Under the pieces are notes generated by a model. The model saw only the letters and a program-made list of their open reading frames with translations, searched no databases and had not been told where the DNA came from. This document shows positions 40,957 through 50,693 of a stretch of DNA of 64,000 nt, piece by piece; the stretch's first letter is position 1; each line of letters opens with the position of its first letter. The stretch lies in assembly GCA_965205265.1 (NCBI GenBank), contig CBDBGH010000003.1, forward strand, positions 1,536,001-1,600,000. Reading direction: 5' to 3'. Source of the stretch: Alphaproteobacteria bacterium. Lineage in GTDB: Bacteria > Pseudomonadota > Alphaproteobacteria > Bin95. Made by a program: the position numbers and the translations under genes.

Positions 40957-41772
40957 CTATTGCGGGTCCGCATCCCGCAGCGCCCCCGCCAGCGCGCAGA
41001 AGTCCTCCACCGACAGGTCCTCGGGGCGCAGGGTGCCGTCGAGTCCTGCGCGGGCGGGCAGCTTACCGAGCGTGCGCCGGAGCATCTTCCGCCGCCCTCC
41101 GAAAGCGCGGGCCGTGACCGTCTCCAGATCGCCCGGATGCACAGGGACCGGCGAGGGGCGCGGCGTCATCGCAACCACGCTGGAAGAAACTTTCGGCGGC
41201 GGCGTGAAAGCGCCGGGAGGCAGGTCGAAACAGTGGCGGATTTCGGTGCGCCATTGCGCGAGAATCGAGAGCCGTCCGCGCGCCTTCCCGCCCGGTGGAG
41301 CCAGCAGCCGGTCGGCCACCTCCTTCTGGAACATCAGGATCATGGACTCGATGCCGTCCGGGCGCCGCAGCCAGCCGACCAGCAGGGGCGTTGCGATGTT
41401 GTATGGCAGATTGGCAACGATCTTGACCGGCGCAGGGCCGAGCGCGGTCACATCCACTTGCAGCGCGTCGGCAGTCAGCACCCGGAGACGCCCCGCGCTG
41501 GCCGCCGCCAGTTCCGCCAGCGCCTCTACGCAGCGGGCGTCGCGCTCAACCGCGACGATACGTGCGGCGCCGGCCTCCAGAAGCGCGCGCGTGAGACCGC
41601 CTGGCCCGGGCCCGATCTCGACCACCGTCCGGCCCGCCAAGGGCTCCGCCGCGCGGGCGATGCGGTCCGCAATTCCGGGGTCCAGAAGGAAATGCTGGCC
41701 GAGCGCGCGGCGGGCGCCCAATCCGTATCGGCGGATCAGGTCCTGCGGGCGCGGCAGTTTGCCGTCAGACAC
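40957..41772 (-). CDS. rsmA: 16S rRNA m6,2A1518/1519 dimethyltransferase
   Basis: LGQHFLLD, EIGPGPGGLT, ANLPYNIAT, MFQKEVA, FTPPPKV. Confidence 0.96.
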   Translation of the reverse strand: MSDGKLPRPQDLIRRYGLGARRALGQHFLLDPGIADRIARAAEPLAGRTVVEIGPGPGGLTRALLEAGAARIVAVERDARCVEALAELAAASAGRLRVLTADALQVDVTALGPAPVKIVANLPYNIATPLLVGWLRRPDGIESMILMFQKEVADRLLAPPGGKARGRLSILAQWRTEIRHCFDLPPGAFTPPPKVSSSVVAMTPRPSPVPVHPGDLETVTARAFGGRRKMLRRTLGKLPARAGLDGTLRPEDLSVEDFCALAGALRDADPQ

Positions 41773-42739
41773 CTTGCCGGCGCTCTGCCATCTCGTGAGC
41801 CAGTTTCAGGGCCGCAATCAGGCTGTCGGGCCGCGCGCGGCCGGTGCCGGCGATGTCGAGCGCCGTTCCGTGGTCGGGCGAGGTCCGCACGATCGGCAGG
41901 CCGAGCGTGACATTCACCGCGTTATGGAAATCGAGCATCTTCACCGGAATCAGCGCCTGGTCGTGATAGGAGCACAGCGCGGCGTCGTAGCGGTCTCGCG
42001 CTTCGGCATGGAAGAGCGTGTCGGCGGACAGCGGCCCCCGAATGTCGATTCCCTCCCGGCGGAGCCTGGCCGCCGCCGGAGCCATGATCGCGTCCTCTTC
42101 CGGCCCCAACGCCCCGCCCTCCCCGGCATGGGGGTTCAGGCCGGCCAGCGCAAGGCGTGGCGCGGCGATGCCGAAATCGGCCCGCAGGGCATGCGCGACG
42201 ATGCGCGCCGTATCTTCGACAAGGGATGCCGTCAGCCGGTCCGCAACCCCGGACAGCGGAATATGCACGGTCATCGGAACCGTTCGGAGGTGCTTGCCGA
42301 CCAGCATCATGACCGGGCGCCGGGCGCCGGTCAGCGCCGCCAGGAACTCGGTGTGGCCCGGATGGGCGAAGCCGGCGCTCATCAGGCTTTCCTTCTGGAC
42401 CGGAAGCGTGACAACCGCCGAAGCCTCGCCCGCACGAACGGCCGCCACCGCCCGCTCGATGGAAGCGACAACCGCCGGCGCATGCACGGGATCGGCCGTT
42501 CCCGGCTTGACCGGCGCCGTCAGCGGCAGGGGCAGCACCGGCAGGGCATCGGGAAATATCTGCGCGGCTTCGCCGGGGCGGCTTATCTCGCGGACGGGAG
42601 CGGCGGGATCGATCCCGGCCAGCCAGCCGGCGTCGCCTGCCAGAAAGAAGGCCGGAACGCCGGGCGCCGTCCAGGCCTTGAGCGCAAGCTCTCCGCCGAC
42701 GCCGCCCGGTTCGCCCATGGTCAGCGCGAGCGGCTGCAA
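41765..42739 (-). CDS. pdxA: 4-hydroxythreonine-4-phosphate dehydrogenase
   Basis: TMGEPGGVGGE, GHTEFL, GLNPHAGE, YHDQALIP, RTSPDHGTA. Confidence 0.96.
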   Translation of the reverse strand: MQPLALTMGEPGGVGGELALKAWTAPGVPAFFLAGDAGWLAGIDPAAPVREISRPGEAAQIFPDALPVLPLPLTAPVKPGTADPVHAPAVVASIERAVAAVRAGEASAVVTLPVQKESLMSAGFAHPGHTEFLAALTGARRPVMMLVGKHLRTVPMTVHIPLSGVADRLTASLVEDTARIVAHALRADFGIAAPRLALAGLNPHAGEGGALGPEEDAIMAPAAARLRREGIDIRGPLSADTLFHAEARDRYDAALCSYHDQALIPVKMLDFHNAVNVTLGLPIVRTSPDHGTALDIAGTGRARPDSLIAALKLAHEMAERRQGV

Positions 42740-42743
42740 GGGG

Positions 42744-43694
42744 TCATCTCCGGCGAAATATCAATGCAGACCGGCGCAGGTCCTGCAAATAGCGGTCGGC
42801 CCGCCGGCCGATGCGCTCCACGCGCAACCGCCGTTCGATGCCGGCCCGTTCCGCGGCCTCATCGGCCGCCGCGCTCTCGACGACGCTCTGCTCGCGAAGC
42901 AGGAGGATGTAGAAGCCGTCTTCAAGGCGAACCGGAGCGGACACGCCATTGGGAGGCAGGGTTTCGAGCGCGGCCTCCAGACGGGCGTCGAGCTGCCCGG
43001 CCCGCACACGCCCGAGATCGCCGCCGATGGCTGCGGAAGAGGACTGCGAGAACTGTCTGGCCAGCCCGTCGAAGGAGGCGCCGGCGCGCAATTGCGCCAC
43101 GATTCCCTCCGCAGCAGCACGGACCTCGCCTTCCCTTGCCGGGTCGTCCAGTTCGAGGAAGATTTCCGAAACGACATACTCTTTGGAGCCGACGGCAGCG
43201 CGCCGTTCCGCCAGGCGCGCGTCGATCTCCCCTGCTCCGACTTCGATGCGCGGCGCGATCCGCCGGGTCACCACCGTGTTCCAGGCGGCTTCCACCCGCA
43301 GATGCTCCTTCAACGCCTCGATATCGAGTCCGTTGTTGCGGAAGAACTGGACCAGCCCTCCGGAGGGCAGATTGTTGCGCTTTTCGATGTTCTCAATCTG
43401 CCGTTCGATCTCGCGTTCGCTCACGCGGACTCCGAGCCGGCGCGCTTCCTGGCTTTGCAGGCGTTCATCCATGAGGGTTCGCAGAAGCTGGGACCCGAGC
43501 CGGCGGCGGATCTCCGGAGTATCCCGGACATTGGAGGAAGACAGCGCAATGCCCAGCCGGGCAATCACATCGTACCGGGTGATGATATCGTCGTTGACGA
43601 CCGCCACAATCCGGCCGGCCTGCTGGGCCTGGGCAACACCGCAGGCAGCCAGACCGCAGAACAAGAAAACAAACCGCAGGCACACGCTACGCAT
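42744..43694 (-). CDS. surA: SurA-like periplasmic peptidyl-prolyl isomerase/chaperone
   Basis: Signal peptide, IVAVVNDDIIT, single parvulin domain (FDGLARQFSQ, GGDLG); upstream of pdxA. Confidence 0.85.
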   Translation of the reverse strand: MRSVCLRFVFLFCGLAACGVAQAQQAGRIVAVVNDDIITRYDVIARLGIALSSSNVRDTPEIRRRLGSQLLRTLMDERLQSQEARRLGVRVSEREIERQIENIEKRNNLPSGGLVQFFRNNGLDIEALKEHLRVEAAWNTVVTRRIAPRIEVGAGEIDARLAERRAAVGSKEYVVSEIFLELDDPAREGEVRAAAEGIVAQLRAGASFDGLARQFSQSSSAAIGGDLGRVRAGQLDARLEAALETLPPNGVSAPVRLEDGFYILLLREQSVVESAAADEAAERAGIERRLRVERIGRRADRYLQDLRRSALIFRRR

Positions 43695-43735
43695 CTTCGC
43701 CGTTTCCGTCTGTCTCGGCAGCTGCAGTTATGCCG

Positions 43736-44827
43736 TTAGCCGTCCTCCAGATGCAAGAGCGCAGCGCAGCCCAGCATCACCGCCGCCGCCGCCGGCGTCC
43801 AGGCCGCCAGCACGACCGGCACCCGACCCGACAATCCGAGCGCGAAAACGACATCCGACAGGATATACAGCAGGAAACCGGCCATGACGCCGGCGGAGAG
43901 CATCACCGCCGTCCCGCCGCGCCGCCGCGACCGTATCGAGACCACGGCCCCGATCAACAGCATCGCCGCAGTCAGGACGACGGATGCCAGCAGCGCATGG
44001 AACCGGAGCCGATGCTTTCGCGCCTGAAAGCCGGCCTCCTCCAATGCCTCGATATATGCCGGCAATCTCCAGACCGACATGGCCGCCGGGCCGGTCAGAC
44101 CGTCTTCAATATGCTCCCAGCTGAGCGTTGTAGGAATTCGCTCCGCAACCCGGCGGGCGGGCACGCCGCGGGAGTCGGCTTCCCAAACGCCTTCCAGAAA
44201 CCAGTGACCGTCGCGCAGTTCCGCCGAAGCGGCGTCCAGGCGGTTGCGAAAGTGGCGCAATCCTTCGAAACGATACAGCACCACGTCATGCAGGATGCGT
44301 CCCCTGCCGACCCGGTCTGCAAACAGAACGGTCAGGTCCCCGTCGGCGACTTCCCGCAGCCACAGTCCGGATCGGGAAATCGACGATACCGGAGCCGCGC
44401 TGCCGAAATATCGCGCTTCGAGGCGTTCGAAGCGCCCCTGGGCGGCCGCTGCGAGCGGACCGTAAAACACCACCTTCCCGGCGCCCAGCGCGAATGCGAC
44501 CGCCAGCGCCGGCAGCAACAGCTTCCAGACCGAGACGCCGGCCCCGTGTGCAGCTGTCAATTCGTTGTGCCGTCCGAGACGGTCGAAAGCGAACAAGCTG
44601 CCGAAGAGCACTGCGAACGGCAGCAGGAGCTCCAGCGTCGCCGGCAATTCCAGCGTCGCCATCTCAAGCACGATTGCAAATGTGGCCTCGTCTCTCGACC
44701 CGGACCGGCGCAACAGTTCGATCATGCCGACCAGCCAGACAAGACCTCCCAACACGACCAGCACAATGCAGACCCATACGAAAAACCGTCGGGCCAGATA
44801 GCGGGAGAGCACTCCGAATCGTTCCAT
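43736..44827 (-). CDS. lptG: LPS export ABC transporter permease
   Basis: YjgP/Q family: RYLARRF, LLPFAVL, ELTAAHGAGVSVW, GLWLRE, LAAWTP, LHLEDG end. Confidence 0.85.
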   Translation of the reverse strand: MERFGVLSRYLARRFFVWVCIVLVVLGGLVWLVGMIELLRRSGSRDEATFAIVLEMATLELPATLELLLPFAVLFGSLFAFDRLGRHNELTAAHGAGVSVWKLLLPALAVAFALGAGKVVFYGPLAAAAQGRFERLEARYFGSAAPVSSISRSGLWLREVADGDLTVLFADRVGRGRILHDVVLYRFEGLRHFRNRLDAASAELRDGHWFLEGVWEADSRGVPARRVAERIPTTLSWEHIEDGLTGPAAMSVWRLPAYIEALEEAGFQARKHRLRFHALLASVVLTAAMLLIGAVVSIRSRRRGGTAVMLSAGVMAGFLLYILSDVVFALGLSGRVPVVLAAWTPAAAAVMLGCAALLHLEDG

Positions 44828-44839
44828 CCGCGCCTCTTT

Positions 44840-45934
44840 TCAGACGGCCGACGGACGGCGGCGGCCGCCCATTGCCAGCAGCGCGAATCCGATCAGGATG
44901 GGCGCCGCCCCGATAGCATATTGAAGACCTGCAAGTGCCGGCAGCTTCGCCACTGCCGCCTTCACCGCAAAAGCTCCTACCAGAAGGCCGAACGCAAGCG
45001 CGCCTGCCAGGGCCGGCCTGAAGGAGTGGCCGCGACGGCTTACGCCCCCCAGGAGCAGGCATGCAAGCGCCACGGCGGTCACGGCGCCGGGCATAAGGCC
45101 GCTGGCCAGCCGGAAATGCGCCTCTGCCTTGTGCTTCGCCACATTCGCCTGTCCGACCTCTTCGACGGAAGGATTCAGCAATTCGCCCAATGTCCGTTCT
45201 CGCCGGCTGCGCGACCTCTTCGGAATGGCCGGCAAGTTCAGCTCAATCGTGTTGCTATCGAAATATACGAGGGTCAGGCGGCCGGTTTTCCGGTCGATTT
45301 CCTGCCGGCTTCCATTGAATGCGACCAGTCTTGGCACGCCGTCCGCTATCGTCACGGTCCCCCTCTCGGCCATGTAGGTAATGCGCCGGTCGGGATCCTT
45401 GTCGTCCTGCAGCAGAATTCCGGAATACTCGCTCGCGCCGACACCGTCCTGTACATACAACGTCATGTCCCGGCCGATCTGTCGGAAGACGCCCGGACGG
45501 ACGAACAGCACCGAAAAATGGTCCTTCAAGCTCGACTGGAGGTCCCGAAGCTCCCTCTCCGAGGCGGGCGCCAATACGAGCGCGTTCCAGGTAACGGCTC
45601 CCATGACCGCCAGTCCCAGCAACAAGGCCGGCACCGCCAGACGCAGGTCGCTGACGCCGGCCGCGCGCATCACGATCACCTCGCTGTCGGAAGCCATCCG
45701 GACATAGACAAGCAAGACGGAAATCAGCAACGCCAGAGGCAGTCCCACCCCCGCCAGATACGGCAATGCCAGCATGACGAGCGCCGCGAACATTTCGATG
45801 GCAATGCCGCGTTCCACGATGTCATCGACGAAACGAAGCGCTGTCGCCAGCAACAGCAGAGGGGCCAGGGCACCGGCCGCGGCGCAGAGCGCGACAAGCA
45901 GACGCCGCAGCACGTAAAGATCGGTCTGGCGCAT
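44840..45934 (-). CDS. lptF: LPS export ABC transporter permease
   Basis: YVLRRL, LPLALL, DSEVIVMRAAGVS, RPGVF; divergent from pepA. Confidence 0.85.
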   Translation of the reverse strand: MRQTDLYVLRRLLVALCAAAGALAPLLLLATALRFVDDIVERGIAIEMFAALVMLALPYLAGVGLPLALLISVLLVYVRMASDSEVIVMRAAGVSDLRLAVPALLLGLAVMGAVTWNALVLAPASERELRDLQSSLKDHFSVLFVRPGVFRQIGRDMTLYVQDGVGASEYSGILLQDDKDPDRRITYMAERGTVTIADGVPRLVAFNGSRQEIDRKTGRLTLVYFDSNTIELNLPAIPKRSRSRRERTLGELLNPSVEEVGQANVAKHKAEAHFRLASGLMPGAVTAVALACLLLGGVSRRGHSFRPALAGALAFGLLVGAFAVKAAVAKLPALAGLQYAIGAAPILIGFALLAMGGRRRPSAV

Positions 45935-45988
45935 CGTGCGCCTGTATGCTGCTTTACCGAAAATCAGACAAGCCGCATGAGGGTCACG

Positions 45989-47449
45989 ATGAAGGTTTCT
46001 TTCGCCGCTCCCGCCCTGCCCCGTTCCGGAGCCCTGGTGCTCACAGTCGCAAAAGGAGGGGCTCTGGAAGGCCTGGCGGCCGAAGCGGACGCCGCTGCAT
46101 CGGGCGCCCTTTCGAAAGCGATGACGGCTTCCCGTTTCGATGGCGAAGCGAAGGCTGCGCTCGAAGTGATGGCGCCTTCCGGCCTGGATGCAGAACGGGT
46201 CCTGATTATCGGTGTCGGAGAGGAGCTGGATGGCCGGCTCGCCGAAGATGTGGGCGGCACCGTCTATTCTGCGCTCGCAAAGTCGGGATCCGGTTCGGCG
46301 ACACTGGTCTGGCCGCAGACCGGCTCCGCCGCTGCCGCCGGTCTTGGCGCAGCCCTTGCCGCCTACCGGTTCGACAAATACCGCACGAAGCTGAAAGACA
46401 ACGACAAGCCGGCGCTCACGGAACTTGTCATCGCGGCGCCCGACACCGACGCTGCCCGCCGGTCCTACGAGGAAGACGGCGCCAGGGTGGTCGAGGCCGT
46501 TGCCTTCGCGCGCGACTTCGTCTCGGAGCCGGGCAATGTCCTTTATCCCGAGAGCTATGCGGACGGGCTTCGCGAACTGGAAGCGCTCGGCGTTTCCGTG
46601 GAAGTGTTCGACCGGGCCGCGCTCGAAGAACTGAAGATGGCGACACTGCTGGGCGTAGCGCAGGGGAGCGCGCGGGAAGCCCGGGTGGTCGTCATGCACT
46701 GGCGGGGCGCAGAGGGACCGCCGATAGCTCTCGTCGGCAAGGGCGTCACTTTCGATACCGGCGGCATCTCCATAAAGCCGAGCGGCGGCATGGAAGAGAT
46801 GAAATGGGACATGGGCGGGTCCGCCGCCGTCGCCGGGGCCATGAGGGCTGTTGCCGGGCGCAAGGCGGCCGCGAATGTCGTCGGTATCGTGGGCCTGGTG
46901 GAAAACATGCCTTCGGCGACGGCGCAGCGGCCCGGCGATGTCGTGACCAGCTACTCCGGACAGACGGTCGAGGTTATCAACACCGACGCCGAAGGCCGCC
47001 TCGTTCTGGCGGACCTGCTGGCCTATGTCATCGAGCGTTACGAACCGCACGCCGTGGTCGATCTGGCGACGCTGACCGGCGCCATGGTCATGGCGCTTGC
47101 CCACGAATATGCCGGCGTGTTCTCCAACGACGACACGCTTGCAGAGGCGCTGATATCGGCCGGCGCGGCCGTGGACGAGAAGCTGTGGCGGTTCCCGCTG
47201 CACGACGCCTACGACAAGATGCTGGAGTCGCCTATCGCCGACATGCGCAACATCGGCTCCGCGCGCGAGGCAGGCGCGATAACGGCGGCGCAGTTCCTGA
47301 AGCGCTTCGTCGGCGAGACTCCCTGGGCCCACCTCGACATCGCCGGCACGGCCTGGACGGACAAGGCGCGTCCGACCGTGCCGAAGGGGGCCACGGGATA
47401 CGGCGTACGCCTGCTCGACCGGCTGGTTCGGGATGTCTGCGAAAGCTGA
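45989..47449 (+). CDS. pepA: Leucyl aminopeptidase
   Basis: LVGKGVTFDTGG, MKWDMGG, NTDAEGRL, ATLTGA, HLDIAG. Confidence 0.96.
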   Translation: MKVSFAAPALPRSGALVLTVAKGGALEGLAAEADAAASGALSKAMTASRFDGEAKAALEVMAPSGLDAERVLIIGVGEELDGRLAEDVGGTVYSALAKSGSGSATLVWPQTGSAAAAGLGAALAAYRFDKYRTKLKDNDKPALTELVIAAPDTDAARRSYEEDGARVVEAVAFARDFVSEPGNVLYPESYADGLRELEALGVSVEVFDRAALEELKMATLLGVAQGSAREARVVVMHWRGAEGPPIALVGKGVTFDTGGISIKPSGGMEEMKWDMGGSAAVAGAMRAVAGRKAAANVVGIVGLVENMPSATAQRPGDVVTSYSGQTVEVINTDAEGRLVLADLLAYVIERYEPHAVVDLATLTGAMVMALAHEYAGVFSNDDTLAEALISAGAAVDEKLWRFPLHDAYDKMLESPIADMRNIGSAREAGAITAAQFLKRFVGETPWAHLDIAGTAWTDKARPTVPKGATGYGVRLLDRLVRDVCES

Positions 47450-47885
47450 CCCGCCGGTCTTCTACGACCTGGACGGCGCGCCGCTGGACCTCGGCCTGGG
47501 CCGGCTGCTGGAAGCAGCGCTGGCCGAGGGCCGGCGCGTATGCGTCCGCCTCGGCCAGGAAGAGCGGGTGGCGGCGCTGGACCAGGGGCTCTGGACCTAC
47601 CGCAACGACAGCTTCCTGCCGCATGGATGCGAGGGCGACCCGGCCGAGCATCCGGTATGGCTGACGGTGGCAGCCGGAAACCCCAATGCGGCCGACCTGC
47701 TCGTCCTGGTGGACGATGCGCCGCTGGACGGACGCGAAGGATTCGCCGGCACCGCCTATCTGTTCGACCGGCGCGATCCCGCAATGCGGGACATTGCCCG
47801 CGACCGGTTTGCCGCATTCCGCGACGAGGGAAGCCGGCCCGTATATCTGCGGTTCGGGCCGCAGGGCTGGCCGCAGTCCGAATAG
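47433..47885 (+). CDS. holC: DNA polymerase III subunit chi
   Basis: FY, LDQGLWT, SFLPHG, PVWL, NPN; follows pepA. Confidence 0.9.
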   Translation: MSAKADPPVFYDLDGAPLDLGLGRLLEAALAEGRRVCVRLGQEERVAALDQGLWTYRNDSFLPHGCEGDPAEHPVWLTVAAGNPNAADLLVLVDDAPLDGREGFAGTAYLFDRRDPAMRDIARDRFAAFRDEGSRPVYLRFGPQGWPQSE

Positions 47886-47890
47886 GGCCG

Positions 47891-47919
47891 TTGTGCGGGC
47901 AGGGCGGCATGGCTATAAC
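47891..47919 (+). promoter_or_regulatory. Sigma70 promoter of ndk
   Basis: TTGTGC-N17-TATAAC, with a GGAGGAG RBS before the GTG start. Confidence 0.6.
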
Positions 47920-47952
47920 GCCGCGCCCGCCGTGCTGGGGAGGAGACCTGAA

Positions 47953-48375
47953 GTGGCGACCGAACGCACATTATCCATCGTGAAGCCCGACGCGACCCGA
48001 CGCCATCTGACGGGAGAGATCGTCGCCCGGCTGGAGAAGGCCGGACTCAGGGTCGTGGCCCAGAAACGCATTCGGCTGACGCGGGAGCAGGCGGAAGGCT
48101 TTTACGCCGAGCACGGCGAGCGGCCCTTTTTCGCCGATCTTTGCACATTCATGACCTCGGGCCCCGTCGTTGTGCAGGTGCTCGAATGCGAGGGCGCCAT
48201 CGAACTCAATCGGGAGATCATGGGCGTCACCAACCCGGCCAACGCCGCCGAAGGCACAATCCGCAAGGATTACGGCGAGTCGATCGAGGCGAATTCCGTC
48301 CACGGCTCTGACTCTCCCGAGAGCGCGGCGCGCGAGATCGCCTACTTCTTCAGCGCCTGCGAAATCGTCGGCTAA
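47953..48375 (+). CDS. ndk: Nucleoside diphosphate kinase
   Basis: [28 protein letters not shown]. Confidence 0.97.
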   Translation: MATERTLSIVKPDATRRHLTGEIVARLEKAGLRVVAQKRIRLTREQAEGFYAEHGERPFFADLCTFMTSGPVVVQVLECEGAIELNREIMGVTNPANAAEGTIRKDYGESIEANSVHGSDSPESAAREIAYFFSACEIVG

Positions 48376-49121
48376 ACCCGGTCCGGGCTATCGACACGGG
48401 CTACAGTCAAGGCATCGACACGGGCCGCGCCGGCGCGCTTGAGAGTCCGCGCGCAGGCCTCGAGCGTCGCCCCGGTCGTCAACACGTCGTCCACGACAAC
48501 GATTCGTGCGCCGCGAACCCGGTCCCGCCAGGCGGGCGCGACGCGGAAGGCACCGGCAACATTGCGTCCCCGTTCGTTGCGCCCGAGCTCCGTTTGCGGG
48601 CGCGTGCGCCTTATGCGCCGCAAGAGATCGGGAGCGAAGGCCCCCTCGCCTCCGGCGGCGAGCCGTCCCGCCAGCAGCGCGGCCTGGTTGTAGCGCCGCC
48701 GGTAGAGACGCATCCAGTGAAGCGGCACCGGCGCGATCCAGTCCGTGTCCTTCAGCAGCGCCGCGCCGGCTTCCCGCGCCCATGTTGACAGCAGCGGCGC
48801 CAGTCCGGTTTCGTCGCGAAATTTGAAGCTTTGGATTAGATTTCTGGCATTACCGCCATAAATCAACGCGCTTCTTGCCCGATCATAGGCGGGGTGTTTC
48901 GCCATGCACGCGCCGCAAAGCGAGCCGGCTTCCGCCTGGAAGGCGAAGGGCCGCCCGCAACTGTCGCACAGCGGCTCGGCAATGAATTCGAGGTCCGACC
49001 AGCAGGCCCCGCAGAGAGTCGCCGGGTCCGCCACCGGGCCCCGGCAAAAGGCGCAGCGCGGCGGCAGCGCGAGGTCCAGCAGCCGGCGCGCAAATGCCGC
49101 AGCCCCCGTTCCGGGAAACAC
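48372..49121 (-). CDS. comF: ComF family (zinc ribbon + PRTase) protein
   Basis: CxxC pairs, [21 protein letters not shown]. Confidence 0.9.
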   Translation of the reverse strand: MFPGTGAAAFARRLLDLALPPRCAFCRGPVADPATLCGACWSDLEFIAEPLCDSCGRPFAFQAEAGSLCGACMAKHPAYDRARSALIYGGNARNLIQSFKFRDETGLAPLLSTWAREAGAALLKDTDWIAPVPLHWMRLYRRRYNQAALLAGRLAAGGEGAFAPDLLRRIRRTRPQTELGRNERGRNVAGAFRVAPAWRDRVRGARIVVVDDVLTTGATLEACARTLKRAGAARVDALTVARVDSPDRV

Positions 49122-49130
49122 CGGACCGGA

Positions 49131-50663
49131 TCAGGCGGGACGGCTCCAGAACCGCGTCGTGCCGTCGCGGTCGAGCTGTTCGACCAGGCCGGTCTCCCAG
49201 TCGAGATAGGCCTGCATGTTCTCCTCGACGGTTCCGCCCTGCTCATAGGGCTTGAGCCACACATCGTCGGCCGTATCCGCCATGTGCAGAGCCCCGCTCT
49301 CCAGCGGCCCGGTCCATGCCGCCGTGCCGCCCTCCAGCACGGCGACCGGGCGGTCGAAATCGCCGGCGGCCAGATGCGCCAGCCGCCCGTCCGGTGAGGT
49401 GAAGACATAGCGGTCCGCGTCCGGCAGGCGCGCCGAGGCGAGCCGCGAGCGGATCGCAAACCAGGCGCCCGGTATATGGCCTTCGGCGTAGCTGCGGCTG
49501 TCGGCGAAATCGACCACGACCGCGCCCTCGACGGCCTCCGGGCCGACCGTCGGCACGTCGGCCAGGCCCGGAATGTCGGGATCGGCAGGCCCGGTCTCCA
49601 GCGCGCCGCCCTCCAGCGCGCCTTCCAGCACGGCCGCGTCCCAGTTCATCTGCCGGAGCCAGTGCGCGGTCATCGCGGCGCGGACACCGTTGTCGTCCAC
49701 CAGGAAGATGCGCGCGCCCCGCACCGCCGCATAGCGGTCGGTCGCCTGCACCAGCTGCCCGCCGGGCGCCGAACGCGAGCCCTTCAAATGCCCCGCCTCG
49801 AATTCGTGCGGGTGACGGACATCGAAGATATAGGTGGTCCGGTCCGGCGCGGGCGGGATTGCGCCCACGACCGGCACCTCGAACCGCTCGGCGACCGCCC
49901 TGGCGCAGCCGCGCGCCGCCTGCAGCCCGGCCGGGCTCGGGTTCGGGGCGGGACGTTCATTGCCGCGCTCCAGTTCCAGGCCGGCCAGATGCCAGCCCAT
50001 CGTGCCGTTACGGAGCGCCGCCACCCGGTTCGGGATGCCGGCATTGATGAGCGATTGCGCGCCGATGATGCTGCGCGTCCGCCCGGCGCAGTTGACGATG
50101 ACCGTCGTCTCCGGCGACGGCGCGAGGTCGTGGACGCGATAGACCAGCTCCGCCCCCGGACAGCAGATCCCGGTGGGAATGTTCATATTGCGGAACTCGT
50201 CCATCGGCCGGCTGTCCAGCACGACAACCGGGTCCGGCCCCTCGAGCATGTCGCTCAGCTCCTCGGCCGAGACGGAGGGCGTGTCATAGGCGTGCTCGAC
50301 ATATTCGCCGAAGGCCTTGCTCGGCACATTGAAACCGGAGAACACCTCATAGCCTGCCCGCCGCCAGGCTTCGACGCCGTTCGCGAACAGGACGACATCC
50401 GTGTAGCCGAGTTCGCGAAGCCGCGCCGCGCCGCGCTCGGCCAGTCCCTCGCCATTGTCGGTGGCGACGATCCGGGTCGCCATGTGCGGCACGAGGGCGC
50501 GGATTTCGAGCTCCAGCCGGGAAAGCGGGACATTGCAGGCATGCAGCAGGTGCGCGGGCGCGAACGATCCTTCCTCGCGAAAGTCGATGACGGCCAGTTC
50601 GCCCTCTCCCTCCAGCGCCTCGCGCAACGCTTCGGCCGAGATCGCGCTATAGTTCTCGTTCAT
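49131..50663 (-). CDS. Multi-domain (four-repeat) rhodanese-like sulfurtransferase
   Basis: DFREE, NVPSKAFGE, DSRP, NCAGRTRS, DVR, GGQLVQ, GHIPGA, YLDWE. Confidence 0.85.
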   Translation of the reverse strand: MNENYSAISAEALREALEGEGELAVIDFREEGSFAPAHLLHACNVPLSRLELEIRALVPHMATRIVATDNGEGLAERGAARLRELGYTDVVLFANGVEAWRRAGYEVFSGFNVPSKAFGEYVEHAYDTPSVSAEELSDMLEGPDPVVVLDSRPMDEFRNMNIPTGICCPGAELVYRVHDLAPSPETTVIVNCAGRTRSIIGAQSLINAGIPNRVAALRNGTMGWHLAGLELERGNERPAPNPSPAGLQAARGCARAVAERFEVPVVGAIPPAPDRTTYIFDVRHPHEFEAGHLKGSRSAPGGQLVQATDRYAAVRGARIFLVDDNGVRAAMTAHWLRQMNWDAAVLEGALEGGALETGPADPDIPGLADVPTVGPEAVEGAVVVDFADSRSYAEGHIPGAWFAIRSRLASARLPDADRYVFTSPDGRLAHLAAGDFDRPVAVLEGGTAAWTGPLESGALHMADTADDVWLKPYEQGGTVEENMQAYLDWETGLVEQLDRDGTTRFWSRPA

Positions 50664-50693
50664 GGGGTTTCCTTCCGGCGCAGCGGGGCGTCG

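Noticed and set aside
43730-47449. Very long ORFs such as 43730-47449 (1239 aa), 18518-21571, 17286-19361, 44840-47332, 49476-51476 and 57045-59402 as fusion proteins
   Set aside because: The N-terminal extensions are stop-poor high-GC shadow frames overlapping real genes. The recognisable proteins start at internal codons.
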